A DNA stretch of 55,948 nt, filler included, from Catajapyx aquilonaris (GCA_000934665.2; 3 parts of 3 records of this genome joined end to end with filler, not necessarily neighbours in it), one strand, 5' to 3'; shown: positions 25,044 to 39,918, numbered from the whole stretch's first letter. Notes: generated from the sequence alone by a model not told the origin. Numbers and translations: made by a program.

Positions 25044-28000
25044 TAGAATGTTTAATATATGAAGTTTTGCTCTTCTTGCCAAGAATACGAACGAAATACG
25101 AACGAATCCAGGCCTACTATTGTTATTGGCAGCCTGCGGCAGCCCTGATGGCTGACATACGCTGTTTGTGTAGTAATTAGGTCCTCTGCTGAGGGTTGAC
25201 AGCGCTGCCTGGAAGCTTTGCATATCTCTGGTAGTGGTAGGTGAGCTTTGTCTTACCTACTATACCAGAAACTGGCCAGCTTCGGGACGGAGGTCACCTG
25301 TCAACCCCGCAGCAGCCCATACTACATGGACAGCGTAAACACGATCCAGCAGGGCTGCCACAGGTCAAGCACATGACCTGGCCCACCGAATCAGGATTAT
25401 TGTCGTCTGATTGCGGTGTATAAATATTTTGTTAGTCTATGCCTATGGCAACTGATTATACTGGAGCATCACTTCATCACCGCAGGTCATCCTGAAAGTG
25501 TTCCCACTGGAGGTTCTCATCATTACACCAGGGATTTAAACTACAATTTCCTTCTCACACTTGATCCAAAAGGTAAATTTACCCCGGGATGAATGTGGCT
25601 CAGTAGACAACTTGTACAAATCAGAAATATATTAAAAGTTTTAGTTTTTGATGAAAGACAAGGCATTAAGCCCCTTTTTGAGTGCTTCCGCTTCTTTCCA
25701 CAGGTGTGCTGCATAACAAGGTCCCAGTCGGTCCTATAGCTATTGGTTCATTCCTTTTTTATGATCCCTTATGCAATTCAGAATTTTATGAATCAGTCTG
25801 GAGAGCAGGCCAAAGGTTGCACCCATATCATGAAAACGCTAGTATCTAATGCACCACTCACATACTGGCGCAACTTGGGCACTTTTCCTGAATTTTAAAC
25901 CCTTTTAAAAAACGATAACTTGGAACTTTCCAGGCTCACGATTCACTTCATTTCCACCTTAAATGAGCTTTCCACCGATGTATGTAACTCACAGCAATGC
26001 TTGCAGAGGAGGAAATAGGACCGAATGGAAGTGAGCGCCCACGATATTTATCCCCCTAAGGATGTGAGCTAAATTCTGAAAGAAGTGTATAATGATGTGT
26101 ATGGGAAGTGAGCAATAAAGCGGACCTCAAGGTGTATCAGGAATTCAGCACAAACAACTACCCCCTTTCGTGGCCAAAACCCACAAAAGGCATCCTTTTC
26201 TTCCCCACAGTCACACTGGACCAGATGGAAGTAATGTCTCCCGACTGTCAACAGTTGGGATCTGCAACCACCCTTATAGGAAATGATCACATGTAGTAAC
26301 AAACAATCATATGTACACCTGAAACTGGAGAAATCAAGCCACACACCAAAACTTACTACTCCAATCTTAATATTATCTTGTACCAGGAGCCTGCAAATAT
26401 TAGCTACCATGGTTTCACTACATCAGTTAACTTTCCTCACAAAAATTACAACCCCCATTGTTTCTAGCTCATCTTGCCAAACGTATTTATCCCCATGAAG
26501 CATCAGCATTGTCCTGCTTGCCAGACACGCCATCCCCAATTGCATTCAACCTTCATCCTAATAAGCAATCGGACCAATAGCACATACACCAAAAATCACA
26601 TATATTTTTTCCCCGCAAATACTGAAGTACGGAGGCGTGGTACCGAACGTGCGGAGATTTTTAATCACGGCCGCGTCCCTCTTCACGAATCCCCATTACT
26701 TCACTCTCGGATTTAAAAATAGCACCCTATTTCCCCTCTGCTTGTTTCCCAACGTTTCCACCATCTTATCTCCCCTGGGGGATGCTACTCCACAAACATC
26801 ACCATGGTCATGTGCAAGGAGAAGTACACTGCTGAGCCCAACTCTAGAAAAGAAAAAAAAAAAAGAGGGGGGAAAAAAAAGAATGGCGCCTACAGCCTTC
26901 ACATTGCTTGTGAAACCTCAGAATAGATTTAGAGCCGCATTCCGTACTGAAGGTAAGGACGATTTTAGGACACGTTTATGAATAGCCTACCGCACACAAT
27001 AAGCAGTGCCGTTCTCGATTTGCACAGAAATGAACGATCCTTTGGGTTTTCGATACAATTTCAGGCCTGCCCCTCTTTCGCATGCCTATATTCCATAGTA
27101 GTTTGAAACAATATGCCAAATGTCGCAAGGCAGACTCCCAAGTTGGGGTGGAGAAATATTTTTAAATGGCAAAAGTGGTCCCTCTAGTTGTGATTGGCTA
27201 GACAATCTAAGGATCCAAAGAAAATGTGTCAAAGCCAAAGCCAGTGCCAGTCTGATGGGCTGTCTCATCACTGCATTTCCTCTTGTTTGTGCTTAGTCTG
27301 GCAAAGCTGTCAGTGTAGATCTTCAATCGATGTGGTCATTTCAGACGTTTCGAAATCGCGGTTCCTGTGGGCGGTCTCTACAGTCTACAGCCACTTGGCA
27401 TATGCAATTTCGCAAATACCACGCGCTAATGTTGTACTCTTCAAACCATTAGTTACGGGGTGGTTCTGTTAAATTACCACACGAGTTAACATATTTCACC
27501 CATATCTCCCTCATATGAAAAATGAATAAATTTCAACTCTTCATGCTCATCAGCCAAACCTAATCGCACTTTCTCTTAAATTACGTTGTTGTACACCTTA
27601 TAATCCGCAACTCAAGTGTTTTACTCCCTCCCAAAAAATCACATGATTGCCTCCGTTAATTTAGCGTGAAGCTCCCACAGCCACGCACGAATTGCAATGC
27701 TGAATAGGAAGTTTCGGGAGGAAAAAACAAGGGCTCATGCACGACCTTACCAGCAGATACACCACCGTAAAGTTGGGCTAAGCTGCGCAGGCATGTTCCT
27801 CCTCTTCAACCCACACCACACCCCACTAACCCTCCTCAAGAAAATGCTCCTTTTATCACGTTTCCTGGTTCTGACTTCGCAGTGTTAACAAAAAAGAAGA
27901 CATAAACCAATTAGAAAAACCAATTGTCGTGGCTTAGAAGCCATGGGAGAGCGGTCGCTGCCCTTTATGGTCAACTATAGCAACACGCACTGAAGCCAAT

Positions 28001-30302
28001 TCCAAGTCCACATTGTCAACATTGTGCGCTGTCCGAAAAGTCCGTCACGTCCCCAAGAATCCTAGCGGTCTCCCAATTCATTGTCACAAAAAGTTATTTC
28101 AATAAAGGGTTCTCCATTCTTTTGTCAAGACAAAGCTGAGTCGGATTTTAGTTCCCGAATAAGCTAAGGCCCGGTTGTATCAACCCAATTTGCGATAAAA
28201 TATCTTATTAGTTTTGCTGGTAATTTTTCCTGGAATATTTTTTCCTCTAGTTAATTTATGTTCATAAAACGAGGCCTAACTGGAGGCTGAGTATATTCGT
28301 CCAAATAGTTACAGAGAGTAGGTTAATCAGTCAAATGGCTGCAAATCCTATCATGTTCGAACCTGTAATTTGTTGCTTGGGGCATATGCCAGTATTGGCT
28401 TTCCCGATCATTAACTCAAATTATCTGGAATCAAATTAATGTGGCATATTCATTTTTAGTGTTACGTAGCATTTGAATAGGCCTTCAGCTGAAGCAATAC
28501 TGTTTGCACATTGGTCCCCAGCATTACACAGACATTTCATCACCCCTGATAATGTCTGCTATTTCGCCAATGTAGTGCAGTGACAAGCTGTGACAAAATC
28601 CACAAAATGGGCACTATATTCTGTTTACATATTGCAGGCATTCCGTATACACTCACCAGAACTGACTCATTTATTTTTTCTAAAATTCCAAGCAGAAGTG
28701 CACATTTCCCGAATCTTTTGCAGTTTACTGTACAAAAACACGACTGGTATATATCGCTTACACAATTGCATTTATTTAATGTGCATATCGTAGGATGATT
28801 TCTCGACAGATGAACTGTAATTTCAGTCGAGGCAAAAACACATCAACTTCTGCGGCTGTCATAACTTCAATAACATTCATATGCCAGCTGTACTAATTCC
28901 ACGCACGTTCCAGTACGCTTGTGCCGGATCATCCCTGACTTTCATAACATTGCTCTAGCTCAGGGTGATAGTGCACTACACCCTATGTCAAAGCCCGTTT
29001 CCTTTAAAAAAATCGTCCTTGATATTGCCATGATTTTACCGTCAACACCTACGTGAACCAGACAGTCTATGACATAGCCCTTACACTGATGACACAGACA
29101 GGTGTGCTCCGGATGTCACACAGCTCATTCCACTTTCTTACATCATTTGCTGGGCCATATCTGTAGGCGCTTACAGTGTCACTCCTCCAACTGTCACTTA
29201 CACACGCGGTCAACGACATTACTGCTCCCTCGACACCGGATTTTGTTATGTCGAGGTGTTGTCGCGTACGTACCTCATATTACCCGGCGTATTATGCCAT
29301 TTCGACATTTCATTTGCGAAATTCGACGTGCCTAAAGTCTTAAGGCCGTCTCGAATTTTGGTCGTCAACTTGTCGCACTGCTGACGTCGCCTCCCCCCCC
29401 CCCCCCCNNNNNNNNNNNNNNNNNNNNNNNNNNNNNNNNNNNNNNNNNNNNNNNNNNNNNNNNNNNNNNNNNNNNNNNNNNNNNNNNNNNNNNNNNNNNN
29501 NNNNNNNNNNNNNNNNNNNNNNNNNNNNNNNNNNNNNNNNNNNNNNNNNNNNNNNNNNNNNNNNNNNNNNNNNNNNNNNNNNNNNNNNNNNNNNNNNNNN
29601 NNNNNNNNNNNNNNNNCCCCCCCCCCCCCCCCTACTATTTCCACAATACCACACAAAATCGCGACATACCGAACAAAATTTGCAAAACTTCGCCCTCGGA
29701 TTCGGAATATGGTACTTACAGAGCCCATGGTCCCTGGTGTTTTCTCAGGGCCGACAAAAGGCCCAGTCACAGCGGCTTGCTCACAGATCCATTCTACTAG
29801 TCAACTCGTGAGGGGATGGCGATAACTGCGGCTTTCAGGCCAGATATGCATTGCAAGGAGAGCTGTGGGGGAAGGGGGCTGGGGAGAGAGCTATTTTGGT
29901 TCCATCTCCGCTCGCCAAGGTTCCTCGAGCGACTGCTGCTCCTATGGAACAGGAACACGAGGTGAAGGAAGAGGCCGCTTAGATTTTTTTTCTTTTTCCA
30001 CGTCAGATACGCCGGCCAACAGTCTGATGAAACTAACAAGTGTATCACACAACTAACCTTTCGCATTTCAATTACGGTTCTGGTTCAATCGTTTGACTAG
30101 ACCATGAAGATATGCATACACTGTATATGATTGTCAGATGCAAGAAGGACGTACCTTAAACACTAAAATTTTGCATTTAAAACACAATGTCATTATGTGA
30201 AAATTAATGTAACTTAGCCATTTTTGCTTATACGCAGAGGTGTAACAAGGGGTAGAATAGGTTAACGCGCCACCACAGACGGCCGGGGAGTTGATGGTGG
30301 CT

Positions 30303-30474
30303 GGGGGCAGTGGCTGTGTCGCAAAAACGAGCACGCAGGCTGAAGGATAGGAGTGTATCCGCTGAAGATACGTCTGTATCCGCAAGGAAGGTTAGGTTGG
30401 TACAGCATACCCCTCCCCAAATCCAAAAAAATCAATACTTGAATCCTTGCGTTTGCGACACAGCCACTGCCCCC
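30303..30474. mobile_element. Short MITE/hairpin
   Basis: TIR gggggcagtggctgtgtcgcaaa...tttgcgacacagccactgccccc. Confidence 0.7.
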
Positions 30475-31230
30475 GTCCACTACTCGCCTCCCGACTTTTG
30501 CGATGTCTCTCTTCCCTACTCCTTCCGTCACAAGATCATCTTTGTACCAACTCTCCGATTCCCCTTGACCCCAAAACGGAACGAAAACCCCGATACTCAG
30601 CGTAAACGCCAATTGCGGCCATAAAAGTAAGCTGAATGCGCCGGATAATCAGATCTAAAAATGTCCTACCACACAGCCGGAGGACTGTAAACCCGCCTGT
30701 AATATGTCTGAGTATATTTTACACGCTCAGTTAATGTTTCATCTGACAAGGCAAATCCACATCGCAGTCCCGGGTCTCCATGCCTCGCAATCCGAATAGT
30801 GGAAAAACTCGGTGCGGGGTGTCCATAGACGCGGAACGAAGAGCGGGGCATGCCACCTAAGCTTTTATCGTGGGCCTGGGAGCAGACGACGCCGGGCGAC
30901 GCACACTGGGAGCCGGCCCCCTGTCGGCGCAATAAAGCGTCTAGGAAGGGCCAACTCCCAGGAGGCATGGTAATTAAAATGATCACCCACTTTAGACCTC
31001 ATTTAGGACGGTAATTTCAGAGGATTGCAACATGTCTAAATGTATTGGCCAAATTAATAACTGGTACACGAAAAGTGATAAAATCTGGCTCCACCCCCAA
31101 GTCATACACAAGTTGGTGGTGCATTATAGAAAATAATAATGCAGGCCGTTGCGACGAAAACATAAGTGTATATGTTTAAAAATGCAAAATAAATAAAGGT
31201 CCGTGCAATACCGAGAAGGTCAGCACTACC

Positions 31231-31232
<2 letters not shown>

Positions 31233-31293
<61 letters not shown>
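31233..31293. repeat. (ATT)n microsatellite
   Basis: Direct reading. Confidence 0.95.
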
Positions 31294-31294
<1 letters not shown>

Positions 31295-32290
31295 GTTAGA
31301 GAAATACTGCATTGTAATGTAGATACATTCTAAGAACTTGGGGGTGTCGCGATGAGCCATGCAGCGTTGCAACTTGGCATATGCATTGCGCTATTACCAT
31401 ATCAATCTGGATGCGTATCATTGGCAATAATATGATTGCAATAATTGACACGTGACATAGTCCACTCTTCATCTAGTGGAGAGGGGGGGAAAAAAGTGCA
31501 AACAGCGGCATGTTTGCCCTATGAAACATCAAATGACAATTGCATGCCATTCAGTCCTCGTTAATTGCATTCTGTGCACGTAGTGGCAAATAGTTCTGTC
31601 AATTACGGGCAAAATTCAGTTACAGTAAAGCGCCACTTCAGTTCTCGCAATTTGTGCTGTAGTACGCCAACTTGAAATATTTTTGCGAATTTTTTGAATA
31701 TTTTTCCTTACCTTCTACCGTGGAGATTCCATGTAGGGATGGCCTCTTCCGGACGAGAAAAGGTTCCGATCAGGTGCCGCTGGGAGGCCCTAGAAAGGAA
31801 GGAAATTGAGAAAATAGAGTGTCATCCTGGACGGAAGCCAATGGACAGTACAACTTGCACAAGCTTGGATCAACGCCTAATGACTAATAAAAGGCACGCA
31901 CACCTGCCCATACAGGCCTATAGCCTCTCATAGGGCACGTGGATGGAACTAACTTTATAAAAACGTTACTGCCAATTAACATGTTCGCGAATTCCTGCGG
32001 ATTTTTGGCTCGGCGGATAATGGGGCCATAATTAGAGTTTCCATACCATATGAGAGGAGGTGGTAATATTGGTAATGAAAACTCCGTGCGCATTTTGTGG
32101 CATCGGGTTTGTTATGGCCAAACACACAGCCAACACTGAAACAAGCAATGAATTTAACAAATACATGGCACTTATCGACTTTTTTGTTTCATATGTTATA
32201 GTGTGTTCCAGCAGTGGAAGCACTCGTTGTACTTGGCAATTTTTGGCAGTAAGTTGCTTATTATTAGTCTATGCAAATGCTTTGGATGTT

Positions 32291-32320
<30 letters not shown>
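32291..32320. repeat. (ATC)10 microsatellite
   Basis: Direct reading. Confidence 0.95.
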
Positions 32321-32321
<1 letters not shown>

Positions 32322-34261
32322 AGAAATACCGTGCAGAGTAAAACATATCCGAATACTGTATATATATTTCCATTCAACCTAAAATGACATCTAAAATTCT
32401 CAATAGCCCTAAAAATCAATCGTTTGAAAGTAGTCACTTAAAGATAAACAGCCTATCCATATAAAGTCGCTAACTGAAGGAACACTTCAATGAAAATGCA
32501 CAATATTTCTGAAAATTTTCACTACTCTTTAAGCAAAAATGATTCAACTAAAGCTATCAAGCTTTAAAGTTTTTTTTATTCACACCCGAACATGAATGTA
32601 ACCTGTGACACATCCAGGCTAGTTTCATTCGAAGCCCGTTATCTGTGTCAAAAATCTGCCGCTCCTTCTTCCATCATCCATATACTGTACAGTACAGCCC
32701 ATCTAGTTCGTAGGCCCTATACAGCGTAATGGTGTCATGAATAATGATTCCGGATAGCTCACAGGCTACCTGTCTCGTTTTCAGTGATACTCTTCTTGTC
32801 CCGACTGCAAAATTTACCAACTGGCACCTGTTTTCACCGTTACTCACCCTCAACATACAGCCCAACACATACCTAAAAAGTGGGACTGACATTTGCAGTC
32901 TCTCCATAACACCATTTTCATAAACATTGTACAGCAAACCCGCTTATCCTTACAGCTGCCATTTCGTCGTTGTCGTATCCAAAAACGTGCAGTTTAATTT
33001 AAGTCTTCCGTCAGCTTTTGCAACTGTATGGTGATTGAGTCGCTCCAACAGTGTATGACCGACTGCTACTATACTGCAAGATTTATTGGCGGTTCGCGCC
33101 AATTGCCATTTTATAACATTTAAACGTTTACTTTTACAGCCACTATGCTCCAGCTAATTTGTCGGGGCCTTTTCCCGCAACGCATTCGATGACCTGAAAT
33201 TTAGTGACAGTCACGCCCACTCCGACATCAAGGGTTGCCGAACGCTCATGGATTGCACTCAGTAGTCGACTGGCACCAGTATATGCTCTCTACGTATAGG
33301 CTATAATTCATTCACCCTTAAAACAGTAGCGACGTCACTGTGAGCAACAATGACTGTCAACAATAATTTTATCAGCAATGTAACTAACAATTAAAGGCTT
33401 ATGACGTTGTACTAGTCCAAAGCTGAATGCATTATAGTTGCAGCTTCTATGGCCAGCCACAATGATATTGTGCTGCATAAGCCGCCTAATGCTAAGCTCC
33501 CCAGGTTAACACAAAAAAAAGTCGCCATGGACACCATCCTAAACAGTGTCAGGCATGCCACACTTACACCTTCTCTCACTGCAATGACGAACATTTTGAC
33601 AAAGCCACGAGTGTGACACAACAGAAGCATGTCAATATAGAGTAGCTGCAAGCTGTCACCATGGATGAAATGTGGATGCGGAACTTAGTTGTTGTTTTTT
33701 TTTTTCTTTCCCAAATGAGGTATCAAAACACACACTCATTCTATACATTTTGTGCTAGAATATAATTCTTAATTAGTAATATAAATTACTAATTAATTCA
33801 ATAATAAATGAGATCATATTTCAACTTTATCCATCCACATGGCCAGAGCAGCACAGTAATGGTGTTAGCGAATTTGCTGCTCTCAGGCGGCCGGCCCTGA
33901 AGCTTCAAGATGCGTATCCATAGTAGTTATATCTTCTCATCCATGGAAAAAGAATTCCACCAGTTCAGGGTCGTGAATTCGCACACCACGAATAAATATG
34001 TGTAAGTAGAGCAACTGGTAAACACCAGTCTTATTTTATTCTCGGCCTCATTTCGCCGGCGAAAGATTTGCGCTACTCTCCTCTAATGAGAAATACTTAA
34101 CAGTTACATTAGTGAACGTTATACAAACACATCCGTGCAGTGAACATCAGCAGGTTCAATATACTCAGAAGTCGGGAAAGTGAGGTGGAAATAAGTTGTC
34201 TATATAATCATAATCTAATGCCGACTTTCGAGTAAAAGGATCATTCCATGTTACCTGGATA

Positions 34262-34429
34262 CAGGAAGTAGCTATTCGTTTTACGCCGATAATAATTGGT
34301 TCCAGCAAAACTCGGTGTAAAGTGAATCGGCGTAAAACGAGACAAAATTATAATGTAAGTAAATGAGATAGGTTCCAACATTTTCCCTCAGACAGCACTT
34401 AAATTGCGACGTAAAACGGGTACTTCCTG
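34262..34429. mobile_element. Short Tc1/pogo-type MITE
   Basis: TA|caggaagta..cgttttacg...cgtaaaacgggtacttcctg|TA. Confidence 0.6.
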
Positions 34430-37135
34430 TATAGGTTCTTTAACAAGAACTAACAATTTACAGCTGGAATTGTCTCAAAAAGTATGAATAGGTCTACTCG
34501 TTAACCATGCAACAAGCGCTAACCATCAGAGCATTAACAAAACCCATAATTACAGTATGAACAAGTCACATTTCTAATGCAATGAGAGTCAAATATTTCC
34601 TCTTGATTCAAAATCACGCATATTTCGCACATAAAAATGGAAAAGTTCCATTTGCATTTAATTCCACGAAGATGATGCATTATAATTAGTAGTCAAGGTA
34701 AATGCTAACATGATTTAGTGAATGTTATTAGTGTGACTCGAAAATTGCCGGCTTAACTTTAGGACCCAGTACAGTACAAGTTGTCATCAATACATGACAC
34801 ATTTTTGACACTAATAGCATATTGGTTTCGTTAAAAAAGTACACTTACGTATAGATTCGAGCTTATACTTGTAGAATGAAACAGTTGCGTAATCATCGCC
34901 ACCAAGTACTCTTCTGGTCGACGAATGCGGTATACATTTTTTGTCCATTTTAATTGCAAATTTAAAACGAAGCTTCGCAAATATGACAAAGCCTTTGGAT
35001 CGTCAGTGGCATGGGTCGAGTCTGCCTACATTAATCAAATTATTTTCTGTCAAAGCCACTATAGATTGTCCATTAAACAGGTAATAAAACCGGCATTCAA
35101 ATTCCATCCTCTTGACTCGACCGAAACAATTAAGCGACCAGCATCATCGAGAAGGCATATTTTCACTGTGCTACATTTACCTTTACTAAAAAAATTCCAT
35201 GACTGTTCAAAGTTAACTGAACACACACTGCAGCTCAATTGCTCTAGCTCACTTTTCCTCTCCAGGTATCCACAACTCCTGAGAGTTATGAGTTCCCTAG
35301 GCTATCATGATACACTGTAAAATCCCATTCGACCACCAAACTAAAATAACTCAATATACAAAATAACTATACGTATCATGGGGGTGGTATTTCAAAATTC
35401 CATCCCTGAACCCTAACAGGAACCATGGATTCACCCTCGCCTATATTGATTTGGGAGAGGAATGGGATGAAAGGGGAGGGGGTACATGGAGGAGAGAATG
35501 GGTCGGAAAAACCTCATCACGTTTTCCGTAATCTGTTTCGGATTCTTGTTCCCTGGTGTGTTCGTTAGCATCGCTTGATCTTTCGTCCAACATACAAAAA
35601 AAAGAGGATCTGAGTGGGGGACAAGTGCGGAACAGGGATATTTGGAAAATCATAGCGACGTCCATTCACTATAGTAACGACGATTCCAACTCTTTTATCT
35701 CTAATTTGGTATTTTCACGACTGCCACGTGCTGAGATGAGAATACCTCAGAGGAGGTCCTTGGCATCTCATTTTGAAAAATCCCAGTACGAAATTGACGT
35801 GCTGGTAATTTGTGGTTACAAAAACTCAGCGGGAATGATCTAAAAATTAATTAACCATATACAAACACAATCGACGTCCTTTTCATTTAGTCTGCATTCA
35901 TCATGAGAATTCTTTCGACACTCAAGAACCGAAAAAATAAAGCCTTACTCCAACTTCATATTGTCCTAGAAATATTAATCATGCACCAAACATTTCCTAA
36001 ACCAATGAGCAATATATTGCTAAACTCCTAAAGTACAACATAACTTCAGTCATGGTGCCAGCAGTATAGTTTACTGTTTATAGCCTGTACTTTTAGCTGA
36101 CTTCTGCAATATAGTTTCGTGTTCATATCCTAGAGCGGTACAGGCTAATGTTTCATGTCTCATCAATATCCTTGTTTCATGCATAATGCATCAGATGTTC
36201 CAGTCAAGAGTATAAATTCTACCTATTTTCTCCAAGAATGCGTGGTCCTCTATACAGTATCACACCACACGTTCAATTTGCTTGGTAGCCAAGCATCAAA
36301 ATATTTGTCTCGAACCTTGAACCAAATATTTATTATACAGGTAGCAGAGAGATCAGAGACCTCGGTATCCGGTTATTCGTGCGACAAACAATGGCGCTCG
36401 CAAGTTCCCAAGTCATTGTCCGAGTGTCTCAAACCATCACCTGTATACATACGTCAAGGGTGACTAAACCAGGACTCGTCTTATACTTGCATGAAACGCC
36501 CATCACTCACAATTCAGCATTAACTTAACACCCTGACTCATTGACAACATACTGCTGAATAATCCGAATTCTGATGTTGTCTTCTTCGACGCAAGTCGCT
36601 ACGTCACCTGCCTGCATAACACAGTAGCCTAGTCACTGGTCAATGACATTTTATTATTATTTTTAAATAACCCTGTTTCCTATGGTAACCATTTGTACTA
36701 CATGCCACTGCTGCCCGTGTTGCATGACCCTTCTGTCCTGGAGGAGCAGTCGCGAGTCGTCGTTATTACAGTGATCCCTGATTTCCAAGTCAACGCTTCC
36801 AGATTATGCATACATTTAATCTGAACTGACAAACCTGATTAACTGCCAAGTTTTTATTCTATTTCCATTCCTGAAATAACAAACGATTCGCAAACGTCAC
36901 GCCCGCCAAGTCACCCTTAGCTTTAACGAATTCTGACGCAAGTTTTAAAAATTCATCTGCATAACCATAGTAATTATGGGAAATGGCCCATTGGTAAGTT
37001 GCACTGCCTTAAATCATGAGACGGCCAAGAAACACATTTAACCCAGATATATGCCGTGAAAAGTTTTTGTTGAATTTTCGAACTTTTTTTTGTTTCTATT
37101 AGTTCATATTAGTTCCCAAAACACAAAAATCTATA

Positions 37136-37433
37136 CAGGGTGTTTACGACCTAACTTTACAAACTTCCAAGGGTAATAGAGGGGACCAAGACAAACATTT
37201 TTGACATAGGAAACCGTGTCCGGAAACGNNNNNNNNNNNNNNNNNNNNNNNNNNNNNNNNNNNNNNNNNNNNTTAATTAATTAANNNNNNNNNNNNNNNN
37301 NNNNNNNNNNNNNNNNNNNNNNNNNNNNTTCCTGATACTCTAGAAAGCATCTCTTAGCAACGACCTGCTTATAAACAAGCAGCTTGCGCGATTTCTCCAA
37401 TAACTGTTGGTGCCATAGAGTTGGATCACCCTG
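37136..37433. mobile_element. Tc1/mariner-type element ends flanking an assembly gap
   Basis: TA|cagggtg...caccctg|TA on either side of the N-run. Confidence 0.5.
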
Positions 37434-38616
37434 TATTTAGCTAATTTTATCGATCTTCAGAGAATTTAATGATAATTTATGCAATTAATGGAAGTTCACT
37501 TAAAACGATGGATATAATTGTAAACTTTTTTATAAGTTGAAATTTCTTCTGTTAGATGCGGCCTGTCAAATTTTTTAAGATGTCTATGCGGCCCACGGAG
37601 AAAAAAGGTTACCCACCCCTGAGTTAAAGTGCAGGTGAATGGTGATAATTTGACATTCGCCTCATCAGTGCTGCACTTCTTTACTATCAGTGAATGTGGA
37701 AAAAAACAGCTGCATGATAATTATTCGAAGGTCTTAATTTTAAAAATACTGGACTGTACATAATTCTTTAGTGCAGCTGCATGGTGCACACAGCATACAA
37801 CATCAGAGTATACAATTATGCTTAGGGTTAGTGATACATGACATTAAACAGTGACATTACTGTGTAAATCATCATTGTGCACATCGCTAGGTTCCACATA
37901 TCTGGTCATGCAGAATTGAAAATAGCTTTTAGGGCAGTACATTACACCTCGGTTAAAGGGATTAAGGGCTTTTGGTAAAATATGGACTAGTATTGATTGA
38001 TTGATTAGTCTCAAATGGCACAAGAGCAGTAAAGGCTTGAACAAAGGTCACAGAGTATCAGGAATAATTCAAAGCAGTAAAGATTGAGCCTGTTTTTAAA
38101 AAATGTCAATAGTGCCTGTGAAATTATTCAAGTTGATATCATATAAAATTCTTTTGACAGTGTAAGGATTGTGATTGCCCACCCACTAGTATTGTAGCCT
38201 CAAGTAACACACAGAGCAGGCATACGAAAACTAGACAGATTCCTAGAGACTGGCTTCATGTATATCCAAATGACAGCCAAACCAAGAAAGTGCAGCACCA
38301 CTTGAACCCTCTGACCAGCCATAATGAAATCATGCATGTGTGAAAATAGGAAATTGTTTTTTAAGGACATTTCTAACCCTAGCAAAGAACTAAGTGTTTC
38401 CTGTTTGTCACTGTTCTAGAGGACCATTTTTGTGTAGGTACCATGAGCTCTCACTGGTTGACCTGCAGCCTGACTCATGAATGTGCCGGTTTGAACACAG
38501 TATGGCTTGCGGTAGAGGGCCCCTTGTATGCACAAGGTGAATGTAGCCAAGATATTTCAAAGTGTGATGACACAGTGATAAGGCTTATTTGGGCCTTCAA
38601 ATAGGATATTTTTTAA

Positions 38617-38795
38617 TGGGAGAAGAGTGGTTTAGGCCACAGTCTCTGAGGTCCCAAGTTCAATCCCAGGAAAGGAGAGAGGATTTTCTCATGTGGAAAT
38701 AGTTTCAATGGGTTCTTAAGGTGTTCGCATGGGTTTTCTCAGAGTCAACCCATTCCCTTGAGCATTCTAAATCCATCAAAAGCATAGTGATTAAC
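38617..38795 (+). mobile_element. Degenerate V-SINE-like copy
   Basis: Aligns with 39655-39850 (gtgttcgcatgggttttctcag, aaatccatca). Confidence 0.6.
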
Positions 38796-39654
38796 CCAGA
38801 TTTGCTGAATGTTCCCTATAAGGGACACTTGCAGAGTTTTCATATTTTAATTTATTGTGTTAGTTCTTCTGCTAAAAGAGGTGGCAGTAGTCACAACTGC
38901 TTCGGTCTCTAGCTTCAGTAGACACACAGCTAATGATTCGGGTTCAAACTTGAGTTGCTTCAGCTTTTTAAGTGACAGGTGGTTGAATTTTTACGTGGAA
39001 ATGCAATCAACAAAGATCATTGTTTAATGTTTATATTGATATTGCTAAATGTCATTGTTGCCATGGTAATGTAATCAAGAGCTATTACAGTCATAGTGCG
39101 TTACATTTTTCTAGCATTCCATAATTATAGGAAGTGGCCATTTTCATGCAGGCAAGCATTCCAAAAAATGTTAACTCAATTGTTGTGTTTTGGCAACAAT
39201 TATGAATTTTAAAAAATACTAGGAAAACCCTCGCTCCGCTCGCATTTTCCTAGGTCGCAGGCCTAGTAAACCACTCACTTCACTTGCTCTTTTCTAGTCC
39301 TGCGGCCTGGGGTACCTATTCGGCGCACCATATCGCCGGGGGAGGGTGTAACGTTAGCCCTCCAGCAGTCTTCGAAAGTGCCCGATTAGTGAGAAATGAG
39401 AACATGTCTGTCCTGTGTCTGTCATTCCATAAAGGGAACTGACTTTGTAAACAACTTCACAGTAGTGCCAACTGGGCAACAATACAGAGACGTAATGGAC
39501 AGTTTTCCCGGCAACCCAACAGAGGAGTTGTTTACTCCCCATTGTGCATGAGTAGAACGCGGGCCAATGGGGAGGTGGTGGTAACAATATGCGGGCGGAC
39601 CAATCATATGGCTCAGTCAAACACTGCAAGGATTTTAATATGAGAGATTTTGTA

Positions 39655-39918
39655 GGGCGACACGGTGGCGTAGTGGTTAGTGCCACAGCCTTCCACCTCT
39701 AAGGTCCTGAGTTCGATCCCCAGGTCGGGCAGAGGATACTTATGTGGATAGAGTTTCGATGGGTTCTCTCTGTGTTCGCGTGGGTTTTCTCAGGGTTCTC
39801 CCGTTTCGTCCCACAATCAAAATCCATCACAGCGCAGGCAATGATTAAAGTTGGATATTTAAAAGATGATCCCCTAAGAGGCCCACGGAGGCCTGTCACG
39901 GGGTATCCATCATTATAA
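39655..39918 (+). mobile_element. V-SINE-like tRNA SINE family B, best-preserved copy
   Basis: gggcgacacggtggcgtagtggttag (A box), gagttcgatccc (B box), then gttctctctgtgttcgcgtgggttttctcagggttctcccgtttcgtcccaca (V-domain-like, from memory). Confidence 0.8.

Noticed and set aside
32032..32168. Small minus-strand ORF with a signal-peptide-like start (MYLLNSLLVSVLAVCLA)
   Set aside because: Only ~44 aa, no homology recognised, and explainable by T-rich composition.
36540..36960. Possible chain of minus-strand mini-exons (…QHGQQWH|AGDVATCVEEDNIRIRII…)
   Set aside because: Weak donors, inconsistent phases and no recognisable protein.
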